DNA from: Raja brachyura
Lineage: Eukaryota
Assembly: GCA_963514005.1 (NCBI GenBank)
Contig: OY740808.1
Span: 13,826,001 to 13,890,000 of the forward strand
DNA: 64,000 nucleotides
Reading direction: 5' to 3'
The notes beneath the pieces were generated by a model that was not told the DNA's origin, did not search any database, and saw nothing but the letters and a program-made list of their open reading frames with translations. The translations under genes and the position numbers were made by a program. Position 1 is the stretch's first letter; each line of letters starts with the position of its first letter. Shown here in pieces: positions 55,601 to 62,747 of the stretch.

Positions 55601-58600
55601 ACCCATTCACACAAGTTATACATTATCTCACTGTCTCATCCACTCCCTATAAATTAGGGGCAATTTTACAGAGACAAATTAATCTACAAAGCAAGACGTC
55701 TTTGAGATGTGGGAGCAAACCGGAGCAGTCACATGGAGAATTTCAAGAGGGCTTCAATATATAAACAGGGATGTAGTGCTGAGGCTATCATAGGCGTTGG
55801 CCGGTAAGGCCGCATTTGAATATTGTGAGCAATTTTGGGCACCATATGTGAGGATGTGCTGGCTCTGCAGAGGGTCCAGAGGAAGTTTACAAGAATGATT
55901 CAGGAAATGAGTCGGTTAACCTATGATTAGCATTTGTCAGCAGTGGGCCTGTACTTGCTGGTGTTTCAAAGAAACATACAGCATAGTGAAAGGCTTGGAC
56001 AGAGTGGATACTGAGAGGATGTTTCCACTATCGGGGGAGTCTATGAGTAGAGGTCATAGCCTCAGAAATAAAGGATGTTCTTTTAGGAAGGAGACTAGGT
56101 GAAATCTCTTTAGCCAGAGGGTGGTGAATCTGTGGAATTATTTGCCACAGAAGGCTGTAGAGGCCAGGTCAGTGGATATTTATAAGGCAGACATAGGTAC
56201 ATTTTTGATTAGTACAGGTGTCAGGTTAATTGGGTTAGGAGGGAGAGATAGATCAGCCATGATTGAATGGCAGAGCAGGTTTGGCAATTAGCACTGTAAG
56301 CGGCAGGGGAGGTGGCACGAGCAACTGTCGGTAGTTAAGTTATCACCCAAATCCGTTATGAAGAGGTCCATTACGAGGGTTTACTGTACAGTATGTCAGT
56401 TTTTACCACAGTGACCATTGAATTGACATGCCATGATCCTCTATTAAACAATGCAACATACTGCCTTCAGCATTTTAGCTTGCAGCAACAAAATTGACTT
56501 GAATACGCTGCAGGGGAAATTACTTTGGTATTATGAGCCTGAAACACACTAGCCTCCAAATTCCCTTTGTGCCATTGATACAATTGTTTTTTTCAGCATT
56601 TCCCATACCACAAGGTTTCTTAGGAATGCAACTACTGTGTTAGGGCAGCACTACGTATATTATTAGTATGACACATTTATACATTTTAATCTTTTGTCTC
56701 ACTTAGTAGCACCCATTCTTTTTTCTCTCTGCTGCTTTTAAAACAACCCCTAATTTTTCCATCCAACACTAGCCTGAAGAAGCCCATAGTGGCCAATTGC
56801 AAATTATGTTTTGAGAAAAGCTTATTAGTCACAGAATTGGCTTGAGAAATCAAAAGAAGGGAAAATGGTAACATCAATAAGTGCTTCATTCCATGGGTTC
56901 AACCCTTCCTTCTTGAATCTGCAAATGCCATGTTAGCTACATTTTTAGTAAAAGAATGCAAGGAAAATCAAGGTAAATAGAGCTAGGGCACAGATGTCCC
57001 ATGATCCAACTGAAGAGCAGAACAGACTTGCGGGGTTACATTTTCTCCTGTTCCAAAGTCATCTATTAAAGTGTTATTAAAACATTGCGCAAATAGACTT
57101 TAGCATTACCAAATGGTTCAAGGCCTGATGTTGGTCTGATTCAAACTAAATATCCATAAATCAGTACAAATTCCAACCGTTAGGAATCCTACAAACCTCC
57201 ATAAATTGCACCATTCTCTCCTTTGCCAGAAGTTGTTATCTCAAGATATTCCAATGAAAGATAGGGAATAAAATTTACTATAGGGAATAAAAATAACATT
57301 TCAACTGAAAATATGGAGTGTTCAGTCAATATTGCTGAATACAATGTTTTCCCCATTAAAAGTTACAGAAACAATAATTTAGCAATATTTGAAAATGTGA
57401 ATTATACACAATTCAAACAAAATCCTTTAAAAGCCCAATTGGATAAAACAATAATAGAGGTAATTAATAAATGCCATAAGTTGACCCAGCAGCAGAAGCA
57501 AAGGCGTTGGAGTGCGTTGACTCAGGGCAGAGGAAGAAGGAAAAGAAAGTACACCACAGTTCATTTCCATTCTATCATTGGAAGTGAGTATCTACCACAT
57601 ATCAACCCTTCCCAGGATCGGCATATACTTTAGGCTCACTCACACTGAATAATAATTTGGATGATATATCAGGAAATTGATGGCAGTGAACCCACCTCCC
57701 AGAGAAGCAGAAAATAAAATGACAAAGTGTACTTCTACCAGTAATTTTTTGGCACAATTCCATTTATCCTCCAAATCCCAACTTTCATTTGTTACATACA
57801 ATCAAGTGAGTAACAGAAGCAGGCAGATACAATCAAGCAGATATGGCCAAACTCTGACTTAACCTTAAGGCAAAAACACGTTTCATGAAACCAAATCTTC
57901 AGCTTTATCAAAAAAAGACAGTTCTTCCACACCTCAAAAAATGTTTGCCTTAAATAGAATCCCAAATTTCCTGAAATTTTCAAAAATGCTTCCTGCGTGC
58001 CTCTCCCTCTCTCTCCCTCCCTCTCCCTCTCCCTCTCCCTCCCTCTCCCCCTCCCCCTCCCTCTCCCTCCCTCTCCCTCCCCCCTTGAGCCCACCCACCA
58101 TTCTGTAAAATCAAGGACAATCCCAATGTAACGGCAATCCCACCGCCCACTGGTCACTTTTCACCACTCAGCTTATCCAGAATTCTACCACTGCATGAAA
58201 AATAATCAAAGGCTCAACTTCCACTGAGAAAGAGAATTCCAAAGACTCATTGTTATACGAGAATTTTCCCGAACAGTCTGTGAACAATAGTGCTATGTTT
58301 AAAGCCCATGGTGCTGCAGCCGGTAGTGCTACATTTAGAACCCATAGCACTGCAGCCGACAGCTCCTTGTTTAAATTCCCACGCGTTAAACTGACGGCTC
58401 TCCGTTTAAACCTTTGAGCGCCAAACCGCAGTGCTGTATGTATTATCTTTACACCCCTTCGTGGACTACATGCGGAAATTTCCCGAAATTAAATTTCCCT
58501 AAAATTACCCAAATTTCCTTAAAAAGACAACCAGAATTTCCCAAACTTCTGGTAATTGCCTTCAAAGTGGAAACACTGATTTCAATGCAATTACTAAAAT

Positions 58601-59797
58601 GTCCATCAGTGAAACAAGAAACCGCAGAACAAATAGACAAATCAATATATTCCCATGAGGACTGTGTTCTATTAATCTCACAAACAGCGCACACTCTAGA
58701 GTTTACAGAAGGGTTACCAAAATGTTGCCTGGATTAGAGGGTATGAGTTACAGGCAGAGTTTGGACAAACTTGGATTGTTTTCTCTGGAATATGAGAGGC
58801 TGAGGGGAGATCTGATTGATACATATACAATTATGAGGAATAGACGGGAGAGAGAGCATCAGAACCGTTTATCTCTCTCCAAGGTGGATAAATGTCAGAC
58901 TAGATGGCTTAGCTCTCTGGTGAGAGGGGCAACATTTAAGGGATGTGAAGGGCAAGTTTTTTTCCCCCACAGAGAGTGGTAGGTGTCTTGGGTGGTGGTG
59001 GATGCAGATACAATAGTGGCATTTAATCAGCTTTTAAATAAGGCACATGGATGTGTAGGGAATGGAGGAACATAGATCACATCCAAGAAGAGGAATCTAA
59101 TTTACCCTGGCATCATGTTTGGCACACATTGCAGGCCAAAGAGCCTGTTCTGTGCTGTACTATTCCATGTTGTATGTTCACATTGAGTACATCCACTAAA
59201 AACTTTGAACATGAACTGGGATTTACCACATGAGCAAAAATAAACATTGTTATCTGCTCATTTTTTAATTCAACTCATCCTGAGTGTCTCAGCATCAAAT
59301 AACTCATCCTTGACCGGCATGTACCGTTTTCTCCGTTATAATTTATCTTTACTATCGATACATTTTATGTCTGTGTGTGTGTGTCGCTCTCTCTCTCGGA
59401 TCTGCAAAGTACATGTCACAGCTTTCCTCTGCCCCACTCCACCCCGTCACCCATTCTCTCCATTAAATTACCCTACTACAATCTCCTGCCAATCTTTCTC
59501 AGCAAAGAAATCCCCCTGGACCCTGTGGGTTCACGTTCAATCGATTCAGCCACTCATTCCTGGAGGTTTTGGCCCGTCGCCCCAACTCCAAGTCTCTCTC
59601 ACGCCCATTCCCCAACAGTGTACGTCTCGCTCACGCCCCCTATCTCAACCCGCCGGGTTACACCCTCTCCCTCGCTCATCCGTCTCTCAACCCCTTTGCT
59701 AACTCAGCCCGTCGCCTTGCACCAGACCGGTCACCAGTCCGAAGGTGATCAATTCAACTTTACTGCTGCCAGCACAGACCTGCGTGTCCGTCGCCAT
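1474..59797 (-). CDS. GCN1: GCN1 activator of EIF2AK4 (GCN2), multi-exon gene, exons 1-42; 3' part lies beyond the left edge
   Basis: 42 exons with GT-AG boundaries join in one frame (5480 nt) from [20 protein letters not shown] to LFDDNWRIR. Recognisable GCN1 motifs: [70 protein letters not shown]. Confidence 0.97.
1687..3301 (+). mobile_element. Tc1/mariner DNA transposon (IR/DR type), full length, transposase frameshifted
   Basis: TA|CAGTGCCCTC...GAGGGCACTG|TA. TIRs about 210 bp with inner direct repeats (about 1871 and 3069-3094). Transposase remnants at 2026-3038: HTH SVRDIS-like motif, [33 protein letters not shown] (DD34E). Confidence 0.95.
3304..3595 (+). mobile_element. Degraded CR1 3' fragment
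   Basis: ttggacaaactt...gacctgacaga...gggctgaaggacctgttcctgt motifs shared with other CR1 copies in the window. Confidence 0.7.
4255..4451 (-). CDS. GCN1: GCN1 exon 41
   Basis: [18 protein letters not shown]...[15 protein letters not shown]...IIPCILK. Confidence 0.96.
4935..5114. repeat. Perfect 30-bp minisatellite, 6 copies
   Basis: (GCAGGAGCTATAGTCTAGATTCTAGAACAC)x6 with no mismatches. Confidence 0.98.
5354..5620 (-). mobile_element. tRNA-derived SINE (HE1/V-SINE-like) with CR1-type tail
   Basis: tgtgggaggaaaccggagcacccgg..aaaaccca V-domain-like core and ggcccttcggccc tail. Related copies at about 6230-6390, 12955-13260, 21865-22085, 55570-55740, 60085-60210. Confidence 0.8.
5670..5808 (-). 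CDS. GCN1: GCN1 exon 40
   Basis: [21 protein letters not shown]...[10 protein letters not shown]. Confidence 0.96.
6461..6529 (-). CDS. GCN1: GCN1 exon 39
   Basis: [23 protein letters not shown]. Confidence 0.95.
6790..8130 (+). mobile_element. Old degraded CR1 ORF2 and 3' UTR, interrupted by a younger antisense CR1
   Basis: gatttccaaaaagcattt (DFQKAF) ... ctggagtac ... gaccttactcctgctcct-like 3' end; many stops and indels. Confidence 0.75.
7692..7988 (-). mobile_element. CR1 3' end with (TTTCTATG)n tail
   Basis: [20 protein letters not shown]...[10 protein letters not shown]; catagaaacatagaaacatagaaa tail. Confidence 0.92.
8242..8462 (-). CDS. GCN1: GCN1 exon 38
   Basis: [13 protein letters not shown]...[21 protein letters not shown]...SLTDQK. 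Confidence 0.96.
9275..9454 (-). CDS. GCN1: GCN1 exon 37
   Basis: [35 protein letters not shown]...RNPEIL. Confidence 0.96.
9955..10362 (+). mobile_element. CR1 3' end
   Basis: [22 protein letters not shown]...LPQKAVEA...; 3' UTR with gggccgaatggcc. Confidence 0.9.
10763..10877 (-). CDS. GCN1: GCN1 exon 36
   Basis: [38 protein letters not shown]. Confidence 0.96.
11121..11242 (-). CDS. GCN1: GCN1 exon 35
   Basis: [40 protein letters not shown]. Confidence 0.96.
12398..12644 (-). CDS. GCN1: GCN1 exon 34
   Basis: [16 protein letters not shown]...[19 protein letters not shown]...NFRRRE. Confidence 0.96.
13400..13555 (-). mobile_element. Ancient Deu-domain SINE relic (SacSINE1/AmnSINE1-like)
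   Basis: tctcatctgaaag...cagca..cc..gtactgc...gctaccaatgagcca pattern. Similar relics at about 14960-15345, 18130-18345, 18750-18930 (+), 21240-21400 (+). Recognised from memory of the consensus. Confidence 0.55.
13576..13770 (-). CDS. GCN1: GCN1 exon 33
   Basis: [14 protein letters not shown]...[43 protein letters not shown]. Confidence 0.96.
13850..14350 (-). mobile_element. Highly degraded CR1 fragment
   Basis: aacatccttgtagatcccttctgcatcctctctaatgcc...tatggcaaccaaa (antisense of QFWSP/ERVQRRF region). Confidence 0.6.
15507..15672 (-). CDS. GCN1: GCN1 exon 32
   Basis: [13 protein letters not shown]...[23 protein letters not shown]. Confidence 0.95.
16753..16823 (-). CDS. GCN1: GCN1 exon 31
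   Basis: [23 protein letters not shown](R). Confidence 0.95.
17476..17665 (-). CDS. GCN1: GCN1 exon 30
   Basis: [37 protein letters not shown]...YQEKLY. Confidence 0.95.
18537..18664 (-). CDS. GCN1: GCN1 exon 29
   Basis: [42 protein letters not shown]. Confidence 0.94.
18975..19156 (+). mobile_element. Penelope-like retroelement 3' fragment
   Basis: [23 protein letters not shown] (typical PLE ORF C-terminus) followed by a pyrimidine tract and a truncated cagtcagaagaaaggtctc terminus. Confidence 0.8.
19156..20560 (-). mobile_element. CR1 LINE RT fragment (about 1.4 kb), interrupted by a Penelope-terminus insertion
   Basis: [56 protein letters not shown]; tail catagaaacaaagaaacatagaaa. Confidence 0.93.
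19917..20027 (-). mobile_element. Short Penelope-type terminal repeat with hammerhead-like core
   Basis: Flanked by a 16-bp TSD with 1 mismatch (taccattcagataata 19901-19916, taccattccgataata 20028-20043). Minus strand contains CTGAAGAagggtctcgccccGAAACGTC. Confidence 0.85.
20660..21213 (+). mobile_element. RTE-clade LINE 3' fragment
   Basis: LYASETW...QRCLRKIL...ITNEE...[15 protein letters not shown], ending in a taagtctaagtaagtc tail. Confidence 0.88.
22088..22278. mobile_element. PIF/Harbinger-like MITE inserted in a SINE
   Basis: TAA|AGGGACTGTCCCACTTGGCGATTTT ... AAAATCGCCAAGGGGTTCAGGCCCT imperfect TIRs; right TSD not preserved. Confidence 0.7.
23073..23216 (-). CDS. GCN1: GCN1 exon 28
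   Basis: [48 protein letters not shown]. Confidence 0.95.
24960..25990 (+). mobile_element. Old degraded CR1 RT fragments
   Basis: [12 protein letters not shown] (YLDFSKAFDKV-like), ttagttagggcacacctagtgtactgtgtacaattc. Confidence 0.7.
26443..26523 (-). CDS. GCN1: GCN1 exon 27
   Basis: [27 protein letters not shown]. Confidence 0.94.
27729..27907 (-). CDS. GCN1: GCN1 exon 26
   Basis: [20 protein letters not shown]...HAQLRS...LIDE. Confidence 0.94.
28352..28507 (-). CDS. GCN1: GCN1 exon 25
   Basis: [26 protein letters not shown]...KVEA. Confidence 0.94.
29075..29273 (-). CDS. GCN1: GCN1 exon 24
   Basis: [20 protein letters not shown]...[15 protein letters not shown]...LKNL. Confidence 0.94.
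29600..30480 (-). mobile_element. Highly degraded CR1 fragment
   Basis: ctagtaaatattttctgcgccctctctagg, ttaaatttcatctgcat...gcccattcc and similar antisense CR1 RT motifs. Confidence 0.55.
30757..30870 (-). CDS. GCN1: GCN1 exon 23
   Basis: [38 protein letters not shown]. Confidence 0.95.
31275..31368 (-). CDS. GCN1: GCN1 exon 22
   Basis: [31 protein letters not shown]. Confidence 0.95.
32020..32560 (+). mobile_element. Rex1/Babar (L2-related) LINE 3' end
   Basis: [20 protein letters not shown]...[16 protein letters not shown]...[15 protein letters not shown]...NSFYP; 3' UTR ending cttggcaaataaacttactta. Confidence 0.88.
32767..32945 (-). CDS. GCN1: GCN1 exon 21
   Basis: [11 protein letters not shown]...[23 protein letters not shown]. 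Confidence 0.93.
34087..34211 (-). CDS. GCN1: GCN1 exon 20
   Basis: [26 protein letters not shown]...KNQ. Confidence 0.92.
35640..35829 (-). CDS. GCN1: GCN1 exon 19
   Basis: [13 protein letters not shown]...[14 protein letters not shown]...HHPSI. Confidence 0.92.
36449..36608 (-). CDS. GCN1: GCN1 exon 18
   Basis: [34 protein letters not shown]...NTHK. Confidence 0.94.
37291..37354 (-). CDS. GCN1: GCN1 exon 17
   Basis: [20 protein letters not shown], phase 1 to 2 fits neighbouring exons. Confidence 0.9.
37800..37892 (-). CDS. GCN1: GCN1 exon 16
   Basis: [30 protein letters not shown]. Confidence 0.94.
38909..39061 (-). CDS. GCN1: GCN1 exon 15
   Basis: [23 protein letters not shown]...LVDTQV. 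Confidence 0.94.
39499..39783. mobile_element. Foldback/MITE-like palindromic insertion with 121-bp inverted arms and 6-bp TSD
   Basis: Arms 39499-39619 and 39663-39783 are reverse complements at 120/121; 43-bp spacer; ATCGGT direct repeat at 39493-39498 and 39784-39789. Confidence 0.88.
40497..40670 (-). CDS. GCN1: GCN1 exon 14
   Basis: [19 protein letters not shown]...[13 protein letters not shown]. Confidence 0.95.
40879..40977 (-). CDS. GCN1: GCN1 exon 13
   Basis: [32 protein letters not shown]. Confidence 0.94.
41540..41590 (-). CDS. GCN1: GCN1 exon 12
   Basis: [16 protein letters not shown]. Confidence 0.93.
43135..43263 (-). CDS. GCN1: GCN1 exon 11
   Basis: [27 protein letters not shown]...LFAILG. 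Confidence 0.95.
43312..43826 (-). mobile_element. CR1 3' end
   Basis: [30 protein letters not shown]...GYGPNA; tail tatagagtcatagagtc. Confidence 0.9.
44050..44124 (-). CDS. GCN1: GCN1 exon 10
   Basis: [24 protein letters not shown]. Confidence 0.94.
44690..45290 (-). mobile_element. Rex1/Babar-like LINE 3' fragment with a nested Penelope terminus (about 44850-44945)
   Basis: Antisense TRLRNSFFP motif and tttttcactgcatctctgtacgtgacaataa 3' end; nested agtctgtagaagggtctcgacccgaaatgtcacc. Confidence 0.7.
45458..45566 (-). CDS. GCN1: GCN1 exon 9
   Basis: [36 protein letters not shown]. Confidence 0.94.
45893..45961 (-). CDS. GCN1: GCN1 exon 8
   Basis: [23 protein letters not shown]. Confidence 0.93.
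47419..47553 (-). CDS. GCN1: GCN1 exon 7
   Basis: [33 protein letters not shown]...NKHK. Confidence 0.92.
48181..48279 (-). CDS. GCN1: GCN1 exon 6
   Basis: [33 protein letters not shown]. Confidence 0.94.
49114..49222 (-). CDS. GCN1: GCN1 exon 5
   Basis: [22 protein letters not shown]...WIKM, AG/GT flanks. Confidence 0.93.
49705..50215 (+). mobile_element. Penelope-like element fragment (GIY-YIG endonuclease remnant plus terminal repeat)
   Basis: ctacatcggtgagaccaagcgcaggctcggcgatcgtttcactgaacac = [16 protein letters not shown]; [11 protein letters not shown]; [24 protein letters not shown]; followed directly by the gacccgaaacgttg...gatgctgcc...ctgagttactccagca terminus. Confidence 0.9.
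50286..50417 (-). CDS. GCN1: GCN1 exon 4
   Basis: [21 protein letters not shown]...KNGHP, AG/GT flanks. Confidence 0.95.
50530..51090 (+). mobile_element. Rex1/Babar-like LINE fragment
   Basis: [11 protein letters not shown]...[28 protein letters not shown]. Confidence 0.82.
51530..52455 (+). mobile_element. Degraded CR1 fragment with nested Penelope terminus (about 52020-52090)
   Basis: ttggttagggcacatttggag...ttggagagggtgcagaag...gggctgaagagcttgttcctgtgctg. Confidence 0.75.
52650..52713 (-). CDS. GCN1: GCN1 exon 3
   Basis: (D)[20 protein letters not shown](R), AG/GT flanks. Confidence 0.95.
53393..53495 (-). CDS. GCN1: GCN1 exon 2
   Basis: ttcag|[34 protein letters not shown]|gtaagt. 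Confidence 0.95.
54245..54563 (+). mobile_element. CR1 3' end
   Basis: [42 protein letters not shown]...[10 protein letters not shown]. Confidence 0.92.
55293..56277 (+). mobile_element. Two near-identical CR1 3' fragments (55293-55550 and 55741-56277) separated by a SINE remnant
   Basis: Shared block tgtttcaaagaaacatacagcatagtgaaaggcttggacag...attagtacaggtgtcag present twice. Confidence 0.85.
56290..56388. mobile_element. Tigger/pogo-like non-autonomous DNA element end
   Basis: ccgttatgaagaggtccattacgagggtttactg|TA resembles CAGTAAACCCTCG-type TIRs; only one end seen. Confidence 0.45.
58001..58085. repeat. (CTCTCC/CTCCC)n polypyrimidine microsatellite in GCN1 intron 1
   Basis: About 85 bp of pure C/T. 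Confidence 0.95.
58700..59175 (+). mobile_element. CR1 3' fragment
   Basis: [33 protein letters not shown]. Confidence 0.85.
59780..59797 (-). CDS. GCN1: GCN1 exon 1 (coding part)
   Basis: aaaATGGCG ACG GAC ACG CAG|gtctgt = MATDTQ; good Kozak context, CpG-rich surroundings. Confidence 0.93.
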
Positions 59798-59930
59798 TTT
59801 CCACGACACGCCGGAAGAGAACGAAGATACCTTCCGGGTTGCCTATGAGCCCGACAAGGGGGGGGGGGGGGGGCGGTGGTGGGGGGGGGGGGGGGGCGGT
59901 TGCTAGGAGCGGTGGTCGCCTGGCAACAGC
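59790..59930 (-). promoter_or_regulatory. GCN1 TATA-less CpG-rich housekeeping promoter and 5' UTR
   Basis: YY1-type AAAATGGCG overlapping the ATG. Two oppositely oriented ETS/GABP CCGGAAG sites (about 59811 and 59831). Pyrimidine tract tcttcgttctcttcc between them. Long G runs at 59858-59897 and local CpG enrichment from about 59500. Confidence 0.7.
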
Positions 59931-60264
59931 CTAGTTCTTCATCACCAGCATCAGCACCACCAGGCTGACAGACTCTGGGTGCTGGACTGAACAAACTGCA
60001 ACGAAAAGCTAATTGCAAGTTTGGAAATTAAGGATTCAACGTCCATGCCGTTGGGTTGCAAGCTACTCAAGCGGACTATGAGACACACCTTTAGCCCACC
60101 GAGTCCATGCCAACCATCGATCACCTACTTGCACTAGTTCTCTATTGTCCAATTTTCGGATCCATCACCCTTTCCTCACCTCCTATACACTGGGGCCAAT
60201 TAAGGATAAATTCTCAGTCCCTATACGCATAGCTATACGGACAAATTTGGTTCTAATTCCATCT

Positions 60265-61090
60265 ACAAGTTTGCAGATGTCATCACCGTGGAGGGTCAAA
60301 TTACAAACAATGATAAGGTGTTCAGGAAGAAGGTAGAGAATTTAGTCACATGGTCTCAGCACAATAACCTTTTCCTCAGTGTTAACAAGACGAAGGAGCT
60401 TGTTATTGACTTCAGGAAGCATGGAGAAGTACATGGCCCAATCAGCATCAATGGTGTGGAAATGGTTGAGAGCTTCCAGTTCCTTGGCATTAATATTAAC
60501 AATGATCTGTCGTGGACCAACCACGTTGATGTGCCAGACAAGAAGGTACACCAAGGTCTTTATTTCCTGAGGAAATGTTGCATGTCTCCTGTGACTCTTA
60601 CAGACTTCTATAGGTGCACGATCGAAAGCATACTGTTGGGTGGCATCACAGCTTGGTTTAGGAACAGCTCTGCAGAAATTGCAGAGATTTATAGATGTAG
60701 CCCAGTCCATCACCCAGACCACTGACTCCATCCACACCTCATGCTGCCATTCCTTCCTATCCCAGTCATTCCTTCTTCACTCTGCTCCTGTCCAGCAGAA
60801 GGTACAGAAGCTTGAAAGTTTGCACTACCAGACTCAGGAACAGCTTCTTCCCATCTGTTAACAAGCTGCTGAATCATCCTTCCATAAGCTTAGGCACCGT
60901 CCAATTCATCTCTATTGCATTGGAGACATTGGACTTTGTCTATGGAATTGATGTTCTACAATGCTGAAAATGTTATTCTGCACTCTGCTCTATCCATTGT
61001 ACTTGAGTTTGACTTTCTTGTATTTATGTATGGTATACATGTTAGGATAGCATACAAAATTAAGCTTTTCATTGTACTTCGGTACACATG
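60265..61090 (+). mobile_element. Rex1/Babar-like LINE RT 3' fragment
   Basis: KFAD..., LSVNKTKELVIDFRK, VESFQFLGININNDLSW, FYRCTIESILLGGITAWF; 3' end aagcttttcattgtacttcggtacacatgac. Confidence 0.88.
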
Positions 61091-62195
61091 ACGATATTAA
61101 ACCTAAATCCAAACCTTGTTAGGCTTGGTTCTGTGCTGTTTGATTCTGAGCATTCATGCAACAAGCCACCAATAATTTTAGTGCAAATACGCTCAATATC
61201 CTTCTCTTTTCTTATACTCCTCCAAACGTATGGGCGATGTTCAACCTATCTATTTCTCACCTAAGCAATTTTATACACATGTTATTACTTACAAATTTCA
61301 GTAACTCATTCAAATGGCAATTAGTTTACTTTGGGTGAGCTGGATATGGTCCTTACCCATAAGTACTTTCCAACAGAGGTCACCAATTAATAAAAACGTA
61401 TTTATCTTAACTGCCTTTGTCATTAGTTCCACATGGATTTTTAGCTGCTACCCCAAAGCCTGTGCCATACTCTGCACAGTTTTATCCTGTTTCTAGGGTA
61501 AAAATGTGCAAAAACGTGTATCATTAGGTGCTGAGGTTGGTGACGACAGCACATCTCTCCTTACCATTGAATGCATCATAAATCAATGCATTGCACATTT
61601 TTCCGTGACCCTGTCCAAACCTATGCTCAATGGTTCCATGTTCCAGAATGTATTGCATTAAGAAATCTACACTTCATTAGTACTCACTACTGAAAGTAGC
61701 TGAGGAAGATCCACACTGTTGAAGAATTCTTGCACTTCTTGCCTCTATCAATCCTATCAGATTGTCAACTGCTTGCAATATTGGATGGATCACAATTATG
61801 AGATATAACGCGTGCTCCAAGACCTCGTACAATCTTCAGGAGATGTTTTGATGCAGTGTTCTCTATTGCCAATAGAGTCTTTGTCACTATCTCTACCCGT
61901 ATGTGCCAATCAACTCCCCTCGGGTGTATCCAGCAAGCACTTGCCAGGCTTTTCCGCACTCCTACCTCTCTTTTCCACTTTTCTCCCCCATACTCCGTCA
62001 GTCTGAAAAAGGATCCTGACCTGAAAAGTTGTCTGCACATCCCCTCACCAGATTCTACCTGTCCCACAAATTCTCAGAAACTTTGTTTTTTTTGCTCATT
62101 CAACACCAGATGGTGCTGCACCGTTTGCATTGTGGCAACAGGTATAATGCTGCCCTCCAGTGGCCTCCTGTTGAATTGAATCATCAGTTATGTTG

Positions 62196-62747
62196 GGTGA
62201 CACAAAAAGCTGGAGAAACTCAGCGGGTGCAGCAGCACCTAAGGAGCGAAGGAGATAGGCGACGTTTCGGGTCGAGACCCTTCTTCAGACTGGTGCGTAG
62301 GGAGGAGGAGAACTTCTTCAAAGTAGGCATACCTTGAGGAGATATCGCAGTGGAGTAGACAAAGTGTTAAAGAAGGAACTGCAGATGCTGGAGAATCGAG
62401 GGTTACACAAAAAGCTGGAGAAACTCAGCGGGTGCAGCAGCACCTAAGGAGCAAAGGAGATAGGCGACGTTTCGGGTCGAGACCCTTCTTCAGACTGGTC
62501 TGCGTAGGGAGGAGGAGAACTTCTTCAAAGTAGGCATACCTTGAGGAGATATCGCAGTGGAGTAGACAAAGTGTTAAAGAAGGAACTGCAGATGCTGGAG
62601 AATCGAGGGTTACACAAAAAGCTGGAGAAACTCAGCGGGTGCAGCAGCATCTAAGGAGCGAAGGAGATAGGCGACGTTTCGGGTCGAGACCCTTCTTCAG
62701 ACTGGTGGGCTGAAGTCTGAAGAAGGGTCTCGACCCGAAACGTCGTC
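62196..62747 (-). mobile_element. Multimeric Penelope-terminus / retrozyme-like insertion (205 + 207 + about 95 bp units plus short inverted end), 14-bp TSD
   Basis: Units start at 62200, 62405 and 62612 and differ at only a few positions. CATCAGTTATGTTG duplicated at 62182-62195 and 62748-62761. Confidence 0.88.
62261..62288 (-). ncRNA. Minimal type I hammerhead ribozyme-like core (further copies 62466-62493 -, 62673-62700 -, 62717-62744 +)
   Basis: CUGAAGA-a-GGGU(cucg)ACCC-GAAA-C-GUC: conserved core boxes, helix II, palindromic ACGU in place of helix III, GUC triplet; helix I weak. Confidence 0.6.
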
